From a virus: 52,990 bases of DNA. Shown in pieces: positions 32,918-40,924 of the stretch (position 1 is its first letter; each line of letters begins with the position of its first letter). Below the pieces are notes generated by a model. That model saw only the letters and a program-made list of their open reading frames with translations. It was not told the origin of the DNA and made no database searches. Made by a program: the position numbers and the translations under genes. The stretch lies in the IMG/VR virus record IMGVR_UViG_3300045988_169541, positions 1 to 52,990 of that record, one strand, 5' to 3'.

Positions 32918-33745
32918 TTATTTCAAATTGACAATAGAAGCACCGCTCCCCTGTACCTGTGGTAGAATCCCATTCCATTGCTTAATCTTTTCGTATTCGA
33001 CTAGAGTTGGGGTTAAGGAATTTGAAATAATTCGGTTGGCCTCTGCCTCTGCTTTTGCTTTTGTCAATAAGCTCTTAGCTTCGCCTTCTGCTTTTGCGAT
33101 ATCTTTCTTGGCCTGAGCTTCTGCGCCCCGGATTTCATTCTCCCTCTGTTCTGCCTCCTGCATAGCTTTAATTTTATTATTCAAGGCGATCGTAACACTT
33201 TCCGGAACTCCTACATTTCCGAGTAAATAGATATCATTCAGTTTTATATATTTTTCGGCTGCCTTCTCTGTTGCTATCTTCTTTACTTCTTCAATAAAAC
33301 TGATCTTACCTTCACCATACATTTGTTCTGCTGTTCGGGTGGAAGATGCTTTGTTAAATGCATCACGGACGGCATTCCTAAGAACGATGTTAGATATTTC
33401 TTCGCATCCTTTTTTGTACATTTCAAATACCCGGGGAACGTTAACTTCTTCGATTTGGTACTCGATACCGACATTTGCCGATAATTTCATTCCTTCCTTG
33501 CTCTGGAATTCAAAGCCCCGGTTACCTTCTTCATCGTCACTCCATACCTTGTTTTGACGTTGGGTGGGAAATAAAAACAATTCTTCATTAATACCGATCC
33601 AATAACGGCCGGGACCAAGTGCCTCGTAGTCGACACCCTTGTCTTTACCAAGGAGATAAAATTTAATACCTACATTCCCGGCCGGAACTTTAGAGCAAGA
33701 AACAAACAAGGCTCCTAATAAAATTGCAAATAATAGTTTTTTCAT
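32918..33745 (-). CDS. SPFH / Band-7 (prohibitin-HflC-like) lipoprotein
   Basis: Lipoprotein signal LGALFVSC. SPFH-type core, then an Ala/Glu/Lys-rich coiled coil (RGAEAQAKKDIAKAEGEAKSLLTKAKAEAEAN). Confidence 0.75.
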   Translation of the reverse strand: MKKLLFAILLGALFVSCSKVPAGNVGIKFYLLGKDKGVDYEALGPGRYWIGINEELFLFPTQRQNKVWSDDEEGNRGFEFQSKEGMKLSANVGIEYQIEEVNVPRVFEMYKKGCEEISNIVLRNAVRDAFNKASSTRTAEQMYGEGKISFIEEVKKIATEKAAEKYIKLNDIYLLGNVGVPESVTIALNNKIKAMQEAEQRENEIRGAEAQAKKDIAKAEGEAKSLLTKAKAEAEANRIISNSLTPTLVEYEKIKQWNGILPQVQGSGASIVNLK

Positions 33746-33942
33746 TTCAGTTTTTTGATTAGTTTATAAATAATGGGGAAATAGAAAATTACATATACAC
33801 CAAGTGTAAATGCTCCCAGCATAGGAAGTTCGTTCGATTCGTGGCTGATACTGAATGGCAGCCAAAATCCAAAGAATACGATCGCTATAATTAAATGGAT
33901 CGCTATAATTAAAATTTGTTTTCTGATTTTTTTTGTTTCCAT
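33742..33942 (-). CDS. Small membrane protein (66 aa, 2 TM)
   Basis: ILIIAIHLIIAIVFFGFWLPF and LGAFTLGVYVIFYFPIIY. ATGA overlap with the SPFH gene. Confidence 0.5.
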   Translation of the reverse strand: METKKIRKQILIIAIHLIIAIVFFGFWLPFSISHESNELPMLGAFTLGVYVIFYFPIIYKLIKKLK

Positions 33943-33952
33943 ATTATAAAAA

Positions 33953-34138
33953 TTATTCTTTCCAAGTTTTATTATTCCGAAGAGACTTACCGAAGTCCTG
34001 TTTCTTCTCCGGCCACATCGCCCAACCCAAAATACCGGACATTATTGCGAAAGGAAGACTATGGTACTGCCCTCCGTAAATACTGCATCCTAATATTCCA
34101 AGGGCAAGAAGAAAGGCTAATATTGAAAAAGTTCTCAT
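33953..34138 (-). CDS. Small membrane protein (61 aa, 2 TM)
   Basis: FSILAFLLALGILGC and AIMSGILGWAMW. Confidence 0.45.
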   Translation of the reverse strand: MRTFSILAFLLALGILGCSIYGGQYHSLPFAIMSGILGWAMWPEKKQDFGKSLRNNKTWKE

Positions 34139-34455
34139 AGTGTCTTGTTTTTAAAATATTCAGTTCTGTTTGGAGTTCCGGCAATCAAAATAAGCCGCGA
34201 CAAGTCATATCTTACCTGCCCATTTCCTTCTCTGTCCTTTATCCCTTTTATTAATCCCCATGACTCCCAATTCGTTATATTTTTCCTGCCAAAAACCTTG
34301 TAAGCCTTGCTCTGGTTTATAAAAGGAGATGCCGCCCCCTGCATGACAAGCGTTTCATGTACCGAAACCCTGATATCATTTATCCGGCTGTCTAACATCT
34401 GACGTATCCGGGAAATTTCATCCATAACAGCAAAATCACCTTTCATACTTTCCAA
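34135..34455 (-). CDS. Hypothetical protein, possible HTH (106 aa); first gene of the SPFH operon
   Basis: SKAYKVFGRKNITNWESWGLIKGI..VRYDLSRL loosely resembles excisionase/MerR-type HTH. Confidence 0.4.
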   Translation of the reverse strand: MESMKGDFAVMDEISRIRQMLDSRINDIRVSVHETLVMQGAASPFINQSKAYKVFGRKNITNWESWGLIKGIKDREGNGQVRYDLSRLILIAGTPNRTEYFKNKTL

Positions 34456-34583
34456 TTATTTTATATGCTTCAATTACTTCCCGAGTCTTCACTTTCCATT
34501 TCTTTACGGTTCAATTAAAATTTTTAAAAGGGACACTTTACCTCTTAAAAAACAAATTTCAATTCCGGTTACAGTGGACACCA

Positions 34584-34591
34584 CAAATATA
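34584..34591 (-). promoter_or_regulatory. -7 box (TATATTTG on minus strand) for the SPFH operon
   Basis: Plus strand caaatata within caccacaaatata (34579..34591). The same 13-mer occurs at the cassette C promoter (23071..23083). Confidence 0.45.
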
Positions 34592-34645
34592 TAAAATTGG
34601 AAGAAAATACACCAATAAAGGTAAAATAAATTATTTTTATGCCTC

Positions 34646-34684
34646 AAAAACTTATGCTAACAAACTGCCTGACATAAGTTTTTA
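34646..34684. terminator. Bidirectional terminator after 34736..35293
   Basis: aaaaa-acttatg-(16 nt)-cataagt-ttttt: a 7-bp stem flanked by A- and T-tracts. Confidence 0.65.
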
Positions 34685-34735
34685 GATTAACATATGCTCA
34701 GGCACCTAAACCCTAAGCAGGCAAATTCCTTTATT

Positions 34736-35293
34736 TTAGAGTTCAACAGTAGTCAGGAATGGATCACCTGGATACTGAGTCTTTAAGAACACAAAACCAT
34801 CCGACTCTACTTCACTCTTCCCAAATTTGTAATCAGGGAAAGTTACATTTTTGTACGCTGTAAGAACTTGCTCAGCAAGTTCTTGCTCTACCTTTTCGTA
34901 GTTAACGCTATAACCATTAGCGTCATCGTCTAAAATTACAGACCTCCAGTTATTTCCATCCCAGTAATTGTAGGCTAAGGCTTCTGTGTAAACCTCGTTT
35001 TCATCACGCCAGTTTTCGACAAACTCCTTGATGGAGTTGTCATCGCTCTCAACAAAATCTTCCCAAGATTTATTTTCTACCTCAAAACCGGCCGTCTGCA
35101 GGTCATTTAAAAATCTTTCCCGTAATTCAGTGCAATAACTATTCTCTAAGCAATAATCCTCGGCATTTTCTTTGCCGATCTTTTGTCCAAACTTGTCATA
35201 GCACTCCGATAGGCGAGTCGTTTCAAACTTATTTTCTTCGATAATATACATTATATTATCTTCTTCATTTCTTTTCAGTACGATTAAATCCAT
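34736..35293 (-). CDS. Strongly acidic early protein (185 aa), unknown function
   Basis: Asp/Glu clearly outnumber Lys/Arg along the whole sequence (e.g. WEDFVESDDNSIKEFVENWRDENEVYTE). Second gene after an early promoter. Confidence 0.6.
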   Translation of the reverse strand: MDLIVLKRNEEDNIMYIIEENKFETTRLSECYDKFGQKIGKENAEDYCLENSYCTELRERFLNDLQTAGFEVENKSWEDFVESDDNSIKEFVENWRDENEVYTEALAYNYWDGNNWRSVILDDDANGYSVNYEKVEQELAEQVLTAYKNVTFPDYKFGKSEVESDGFVFLKTQYPGDPFLTTVEL

Positions 35294-35296
35294 AGT

Positions 35297-35683
35297 TTAT
35301 TTGTTTGTGTTTTTAAATTCATTATAAACCTGATTCAGATCAAACTGTCTTAAACAGCTTGCATCCTGTCCCTCATATTCACCGTAAACTCCAAATACAA
35401 CCCCTTTGTAGAGCATAAAAGTAACATTAAAGTTATTTTCTCCATTACTTTCGAAATTTTCCACTTCGGTAGATTCTGCCATTTTTAATACGTCTCCATC
35501 CTTATCCTGTACAAACGGGCGTTTTTCAATACCCAAATCCTGATACATGTTTTCAGGAAACATAGTGTAGTTTTCCAAAATTTCAGCAACCTTATTACTA
35601 ATTTCTATTTTTTCGTTGTTTACGAAAACTGCCTTACCTGTTTTGTAGTTATAAATTTTCATAGCCTTATTTTTTAAAATCAT
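35297..35683 (-). CDS. Acidic early protein (128 aa; alternative ATG at 35662)
   Basis: First gene after the -7 box at 35701..35708. No motif recognised. Confidence 0.55.
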   Translation of the reverse strand: MILKNKAMKIYNYKTGKAVFVNNEKIEISNKVAEILENYTMFPENMYQDLGIEKRPFVQDKDGDVLKMAESTEVENFESNGENNFNVTFMLYKGVVFGVYGEYEGQDASCLRQFDLNQVYNEFKNTNK

Positions 35684-35700
35684 GTATTATTATTTCGATA

Positions 35701-35708
35701 CAAATATA
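35701..35708 (-). promoter_or_regulatory. -7 box (TATATTTG on minus strand), leftward early promoter
   Basis: Plus strand caaatata, within ttcgatacaaatata. The promoter at 36789..36796 shares ttcgatacaaa. Confidence 0.5.
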
Positions 35709-35802
35709 ACACATATATTAATATTACACAAGAAAAAACAAAAATATTTTTCACTTATGTATTGAAAAATATAAAATTCTTTCCGGATATACATTATTTA
35801 TC

Positions 35803-35810
35803 TATCTTTG
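35803..35810 (+). promoter_or_regulatory. -7 box TATCTTTG, rightward promoter of the XRE-type regulator
   Basis: Matches TAnnTTTG 25 nt upstream of ATG 35835. Divergent from the promoter at 35701..35708. Confidence 0.45.
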
Positions 35811-35834
35811 TCGATAATATTAAATATAACATAT

Positions 35835-36077
35835 ATGCTAAGAGTAAAAGAGATTGCAAAGGAGAAAGGAATAACCATGCAGGTGTTAGCCAAACGGATG
35901 GGAATAACACAGCCTGGTTTATCTATGCTGCTGAACCGGAATCTTACATTACAAAAGTTATACGAAATAGCTAAGGCTTTAGATGTACCGGTTCCTGAGT
36001 TATTTAAAGAAGAAAGTAGTAGTGTCCGTATTACCTGTCCGCACTGCGGGAAATCTGTAACTTTAAAAGTAGAATAG
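35835..36077 (+). CDS. XRE-family HTH transcriptional regulator (80 aa)
   Basis: LRVKEIAKEKGITMQVLAKRMGITQPGLSMLLN is a classic XRE HTH. C-terminal CPHCGK. The only plus-strand gene in this region. Confidence 0.7.
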   Translation: MLRVKEIAKEKGITMQVLAKRMGITQPGLSMLLNRNLTLQKLYEIAKALDVPVPELFKEESSSVRITCPHCGKSVTLKVE

Positions 36078-36103
36078 CTGGGCTTAACCTCGCTATTCTA
36101 CTT
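36067..36103. terminator. 12-bp perfect hairpin between convergent genes
   Basis: aagtagaatagc / gctattctactt with a 13-nt loop. It spans both stop codons and shares taacctcgctatt with the hairpin at 11916..11940. Confidence 0.6.
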
Positions 36104-36302
36104 CGTCCCCCTCTTTTGTAAAGGTCTCCATTTGCTCCAGCTTTTCCCGGATGGCGATGTTTACGAATCTATTTTTATTACCTACATCCTTAAGTTTTTG
36201 CAATATATTTTCTTCTATGCGAAAACTTATCGGTAGCATCGTCTTCCCTTTCTTTCTCCCTGCCCCTGGTCTGGCTCCGCCACGTTGCTTCTTTTCTTCC
36301 AT
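36093..36302 (-). CDS. Ribbon-helix-helix (CopG/Arc-like) DNA-binding protein (69 aa)
   Basis: A basic N-terminus (GGARPGAGRKKGK) followed by MLPISFRIEENILQKLK, a beta-strand/helix pattern typical of RHH proteins. Confidence 0.5.
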   Translation of the reverse strand: MEEKKQRGGARPGAGRKKGKTMLPISFRIEENILQKLKDVGNKNRFVNIAIREKLEQMETFTKEGDEVE

Positions 36303-36314
36303 TACTTCTTTTTT

Positions 36315-36512
36315 TTACAATTTGTCGTAAGCATCGTTTGCTATAAAAACAGCGTCTTCAATACTTCCATTTTCGATAGTATCTTCGACGATTCTATCAA
36401 CAAACTCGACGAAAGTTGCATAACCTTTGCCGACAGTCTTTTCTTCGTATTCTTCTTTCGTAAAATTGATGCCCTCGATTACATCGTATTTAATACTTTT
36501 AGCCTCTCTATA
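36315..36512 (-). CDS. Start-less 65-codon ORF in frame directly after the TAA of 36513..36746
   Basis: Translates to YREAKSIKYDVIEGINFTKEEYEEKTVGKGYATFVEFVDRIVEDTIENGSIEDAVFIANDAYDKL. It contains no ATG or GTG; the only TTG is the last codon. Otherwise this would be a 210-nt gap in a tightly packed operon. Confidence 0.35.
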   Translation of the reverse strand, partial: YREAKSIKYDVIEGINFTKEEYEEKTVGKGYATFVEFVDRIVEDTIENGSIEDAVFIANDAYDKL

Positions 36513-36746
36513 TTAGAATTCTTCTTCAAAACAGAAATTATTAAAAAAGTCTTTTTTAAAAGAATCGGTAGGTTCATCCGGCTTTTCGTCGCTTTCCCAA
36601 AATTCCTTTGTTACATCGTCGCTCCACGTTTCCCACGCTTCGTACAACATATCTGTGTATTTGTCGAAGATTTTGCATTGTTCTATATTCATACCAAAAT
36701 TGTTTTCTCTTCTACAGATGTCCTTAATTTGTTCTAAAGTTTCCAT
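36513..36746 (-). CDS. Small acidic early protein (77 aa)
   Basis: First ORF after the -7 box at 36789..36796. Trp/Asp/Glu-rich (EAWETWSDDVTKEFWESDEKPDEPTD). Confidence 0.55.
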   Translation of the reverse strand: METLEQIKDICRRENNFGMNIEQCKIFDKYTDMLYEAWETWSDDVTKEFWESDEKPDEPTDSFKKDFFNNFCFEEEF

Positions 36747-36788
36747 ATTTTTAAATTTTAAATTATTATTTATTCATTTTCTTCGATA

Positions 36789-36796
36789 CAAAGATA
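36789..36796 (-). promoter_or_regulatory. -7 box (TATCTTTG on minus strand), leftward early promoter
   Basis: Plus strand caaagata within ttcgatacaaagata, 43 nt upstream of ATG 36746. Confidence 0.5.
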
Positions 36797-36990
36797 AGAC
36801 ATTGTTTTGAACTATGCAATACTTTTTCAAAATATTTTCCATGAAATGCGTTATTTGGAATAAGTGTAAATAAAAACAACTATGTATTCGCAAGTTTTAA
36901 AGTTGTAATTTGCTTTGTTATTCTTACAAAGAAATTATCTGTTTATCGTTTTATTATATACATATTGTTTGTTTTATAAATAAAATCATA

Positions 36991-36998
36991 TAATTTTG
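36991..36998 (+). promoter_or_regulatory. -7 box TAATTTTG, promoter of the packaging/structural operon
   Basis: Matches TAnnTTTG 25 nt upstream of the terS ATG. Confidence 0.45.
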
Positions 36999-37022
36999 TT
37001 GTAAAATAAACAATATGTAAAA

Positions 37023-37523
37023 ATGGCTGCACCAAAAGGAAATCAGTTTTGGAAATTAAGAAGTAAACATGGACGAGACAAATTATTTGCCACGCCCGAT
37101 CTACTTTGGCAAGCAGCCTGTGAATATTTTGAATGGTGTGATAAACATCCCTGGTATAAGTCGGAAGCAATAAAAAATGGTAAGTCGGTCGGGAAGATTG
37201 TAAAAATACCCACAGAACGACCTTACTCGTTAATGGGTTTCTTGGTATATATCGGAACCTCGCCGTCGTATTGGTATGATTTTAAGGCTGCTAACCATAT
37301 AGATTTTTCCTGTGTCATTTCTGAAATTGAAAAAATTATAGAAACGCAACAATTTGAAGGTGCTGCAGTAGGTGCTTTTAATGCTAACATAATTTCCCGC
37401 AAACTGGGCCTTATTGATAAGCAGAATATTAGCACGCCGGAAGGAGAAGCTATTAATATTCGTTCGACAATAGATACACACAGAATTATATTCGAAAACT
37501 ACGACAACGAAAAGGAGGAATAA
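37023..37523 (+). CDS. terS: Terminase small subunit
   Basis: KGNQFWKLRSKHGRDKLFATPDLLWQAACEYFEWC...ERPYSLMGFLVYIG resembles small-terminase N-terminal HTH regions. It lies immediately upstream of terL. Confidence 0.65.
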   Translation: MAAPKGNQFWKLRSKHGRDKLFATPDLLWQAACEYFEWCDKHPWYKSEAIKNGKSVGKIVKIPTERPYSLMGFLVYIGTSPSYWYDFKAANHIDFSCVISEIEKIIETQQFEGAAVGAFNANIISRKLGLIDKQNISTPEGEAINIRSTIDTHRIIFENYDNEKEE

Positions 37524-37525
37524 TA

Positions 37526-38794
37526 ATGGACCTTGTTTTCCGCTTTAATCGTATTTATGCACCTGTTTTTAATACAGACAAGAGGTATATAGATATTTGG
37601 GGCGGACGTGGCCGGGGTGGTTCACATTTCGGGACAGATTATTTTCTAAATCTTATAACGCAACCTAAATATTTCCGTGGCTATTTTGTCCGGCAGGTTT
37701 TATCCGACGTCCGGGATAGTCTTTTCCGGGATTTTAAGGACCGGATTGAAGAAAATAAAAGTATTAATATCGACGATTTTCAGATACGCGATAATGACAT
37801 GCGTATAACTTACTTACCGACCGGCAATACAATTTTAGCAAAAGGAGTTAGTAAGGACGGAAGCAGAACAGCAAAAATGAAATCCTTGGCAGGTGCTACA
37901 CATGTCTTAATAGAAGAATGCGACGAAATTGGCGAGTCAGACTTTGATCAGCTTGATTTGTCGTTGCGTACGGTTAAAGCGGATAAAGTACAAATTATAA
38001 GGGTATTTAATCCGCCTTCGAAGCGGCATTGGATCTGGAGGGATTATAATTTAATAGAAAGTGATATTGAAGGATTCTTCCGTGCTATCCCAAAGGCAAC
38101 TTCCGATGTCCTTTCGGTATGGAGTACTTACAAAGACAATATATCTAATATTCAAAAGTCTACAATATCGAAATTCGAGTCTTTTTTAGAAAATAACCCT
38201 GATTACTATTATAACCAGGTTTGTGGATTAATAAGCGAAGGCTCTAAGGGTAGGATTTATTCCGGATGGCTCCCAATTCCGGATTCCGAATATAATAAAT
38301 TGGATTTACCTAAAGTATATGGACTTGATTTTGGATACAGTAATGATCCTAATGCGTTTGTAGAGATAAAATACGACGGGCAATATCGGTATGTAAATGA
38401 ACTACTTTACGAAACAGGATTGGATAATTTAGCTTTAGCACAGCGTCTGTATGCTTTAGGGATAAGAAAAAATAATCTGATTATTGCAGATACAGGGAAC
38501 GGAGGAGATCTTAGGATCGCAGAAATCCGGCGCGGGTGGAAAGAATTTCCTGAATTGAAGTTTAATATAGTCCCAGCAATAAAAGGCCCTGGTTCAATAA
38601 AATTCGGTATAAACAAGATAAAATCAGCCAAAATTTACCTGACTGAGTCTAGTGCTAATGGATGGAACGAATATCAGGAATACAAATGGCTCCTTGATGC
38701 CGATAAGCTCCCTACCGATCAGCCTGTAGATAAATTTAACCACATCATGGATGCAATACGTTATACAGAATTAGCCAAGGGATCTTATTTTTAA
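37526..38794 (+). CDS. terL: Terminase large subunit (PBSX/Terminase_3-like)
   Basis: IWGGRGRGGS (Walker A-like), VLIEECDE (Walker B), GLDFGYSNDP and FNHIMDAIRY nuclease motifs. Confidence 0.85.
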   Translation: MDLVFRFNRIYAPVFNTDKRYIDIWGGRGRGGSHFGTDYFLNLITQPKYFRGYFVRQVLSDVRDSLFRDFKDRIEENKSINIDDFQIRDNDMRITYLPTGNTILAKGVSKDGSRTAKMKSLAGATHVLIEECDEIGESDFDQLDLSLRTVKADKVQIIRVFNPPSKRHWIWRDYNLIESDIEGFFRAIPKATSDVLSVWSTYKDNISNIQKSTISKFESFLENNPDYYYNQVCGLISEGSKGRIYSGWLPIPDSEYNKLDLPKVYGLDFGYSNDPNAFVEIKYDGQYRYVNELLYETGLDNLALAQRLYALGIRKNNLIIADTGNGGDLRIAEIRRGWKEFPELKFNIVPAIKGPGSIKFGINKIKSAKIYLTESSANGWNEYQEYKWLLDADKLPTDQPVDKFNHIMDAIRYTELAKGSYF

Positions 38795-38886
38795 ATTCAA
38801 TACATTGTTATTATTTAAACATTTTGCATCAAAAATATTGCTTAAAATATTTTTTATATATATTTTTGTTTGAAATTAAACAAGCG

Positions 38887-40236
38887 ATGGGTTTCTTAAA
38901 TAAACTAAGGAATTTCAGTTTTAGGAGCAAACTAAATGTTGGGTCAGGGATAGATTCTATCGAAGAAGCTATCCGAAATTATTCTTTTATGGAATGGCGT
39001 CCCGGTAATGGCCTGCCTGATATCCACATCGATTTAGACTGTATAACAGGTATTACGGAAGCCTATAACAAGTGTTCTTCAATTGCTACAATTATAAACC
39101 GTAACTCTTCTGCGCTTGTTAATGGCAAATGGTGGTTAACGGATAAAAAAGACAATGATGTATTAAATAAATACAAAGGAATTGCCGCATTACTGGATAA
39201 ACCTAATCCAATTCAATCTTGGTCGGAGTTCTTAATGCTCGTGGATGTATACAGGCAATTGTATGGGGAAGCATTTGTTTATGCTGTAGTCCCGGATGGA
39301 TTTTCTATACAGGATGCTTCGGCACTTTGGGCGATAAATCCAAAGTACGTAAGTATAAAACTATCCGGTAAAATGTATTTGCAATCTAATGCCGACGAAA
39401 TAATAGAAGGATATATCTTAAGTGTTAATGGGACAGAAATTGAAGTAGATAGTAGGTATGTATTGCATATAAGGGATGTGAACCAAAACATTAACATGTC
39501 TCCTAACGATATCCGGGGACGTTCCCGTCTTGTCGGGCTAGATAAATCCGTAAGAAACATTATACAGGCAGAAGAAGCTATTTATGCACTTAACAAAAAC
39601 CGTGGAGCCCAAGGGATATTGGCAAACCGATCCAAAGATGCAATAGGACATCAGCAAATTGACGACGAAGAAAAAGACAGACTACAACGTAAATTTAATA
39701 CAAATTACGGACTTCGGTCTAATCAGGATACTGTAATTATTACTAATGCAGATTTAGCGTGGCAGCAAATGTCTTTTAATGTAAAAGACCTTATGTTGTT
39801 CGAGGGGATAGAAAATAATATAAAGAGGATTGCCGAAGCATTTAACTATCCGTTTGAACTTTTAAATACAACAAATATAGCTTATTCAAATAAAGTAGAG
39901 GCTAAACGCGAACTTTATCAGGGGAATATAATTCCTACTGCAAAAATATACGCAGAAAAATTCACTTCTTTTTTCCAGATCGATCGTGCATTTTTCGTCG
40001 TCGATTTTGCAGATGTAGAATGTCTTAAAAAGACAGAATCAGAGCGGGCTGACACTATATATAAGCAAAACCAGGCATTTAAAATTGCATACGAGCAAGG
40101 TGTAATAAGCCTTGCAGAATGGCGTTTAGCTATCGGCATGGATGAAGAAATATATAAACCGGATAAAACGGCAAAAAATATAACAGAAAATGAGCAAGAA
40201 ACAGGAGAAAATAGAAGCGAAGAAAGCAATGAATAG
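38887..40236 (+). CDS. Portal protein (449 aa from ATG 38887)
   Basis: Size and position between terL and the prohead protease. Acidic C-terminus. The track start at 38824 is TTG. Confidence 0.7.
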   Translation: MGFLNKLRNFSFRSKLNVGSGIDSIEEAIRNYSFMEWRPGNGLPDIHIDLDCITGITEAYNKCSSIATIINRNSSALVNGKWWLTDKKDNDVLNKYKGIAALLDKPNPIQSWSEFLMLVDVYRQLYGEAFVYAVVPDGFSIQDASALWAINPKYVSIKLSGKMYLQSNADEIIEGYILSVNGTEIEVDSRYVLHIRDVNQNINMSPNDIRGRSRLVGLDKSVRNIIQAEEAIYALNKNRGAQGILANRSKDAIGHQQIDDEEKDRLQRKFNTNYGLRSNQDTVIITNADLAWQQMSFNVKDLMLFEGIENNIKRIAEAFNYPFELLNTTNIAYSNKVEAKRELYQGNIIPTAKIYAEKFTSFFQIDRAFFVVDFADVECLKKTESERADTIYKQNQAFKIAYEQGVISLAEWRLAIGMDEEIYKPDKTAKNITENEQETGENRSEESNE

Positions 40237-40924
40237 CAATAAAGTATTGGTGAAATACTTTTCTGCTAAAGAAATGAAAGATGTGGACCCGGACAACCAT
40301 ATTATCGAAGTTAAATTTGCCGCTTATGGCATGCCTGACAGCGACCGGGATATCCTGATCAAAGGATGTTTTTCCAAATCAATTTCAGAACGAGGTCCTG
40401 AATCGTCGACGAACAGAAAAATAGCTTTTCTTTGGCAACATGACATGCACGATCCTATTGGGAAAATTATAAAAATTGAAGAAAAGGATGACGGTGCCTA
40501 TGCGACTGTACGCCTTAGCAATTTTGATGCTGTGCCTAATGCCAAGCGTGCTTATTTTCAGCTTAAAGATGGCGATATAAATCAGTTTTCTTTCGGCTTT
40601 AGCTATGTCTGGGATAAGATAGAGTACGATGAAGAAAGTGATACATTTATTGTCAAGGAAGTAAAATTGTATGAAATCTCCGTTGTTACCCTGGGTGCAA
40701 ATGAACTTACTGAATATATAGGGGAATTGGAAAATGAAGATGAAATAAAGAGTTATCTAAAAGAAATATTAATTAAAGACAAAAATAAGTTTAACAAGAT
40801 CAAACAGATCATCGTGGATATTGAAGCCGAGCCGGAGCAAGCGGGACAGCCACCACTCACTTTAAATCAGGGAAATATGTTTGAAAAACTAGCAAAATTA
40901 AGTGAAAATGAAAAGAATGATTAA
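40229..40924 (+). CDS. Prohead protease, HK97 family
   Basis: FAAYGMPDSDRDILIKGCFSKSI...AFLWQHDMHDPIGKI matches the HK97 protease pattern. ATGAATAG overlap with the portal stop. Confidence 0.75.
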   Translation: MNSNKVLVKYFSAKEMKDVDPDNHIIEVKFAAYGMPDSDRDILIKGCFSKSISERGPESSTNRKIAFLWQHDMHDPIGKIIKIEEKDDGAYATVRLSNFDAVPNAKRAYFQLKDGDINQFSFGFSYVWDKIEYDEESDTFIVKEVKLYEISVVTLGANELTEYIGELENEDEIKSYLKEILIKDKNKFNKIKQIIVDIEAEPEQAGQPPLTLNQGNMFEKLAKLSENEKND

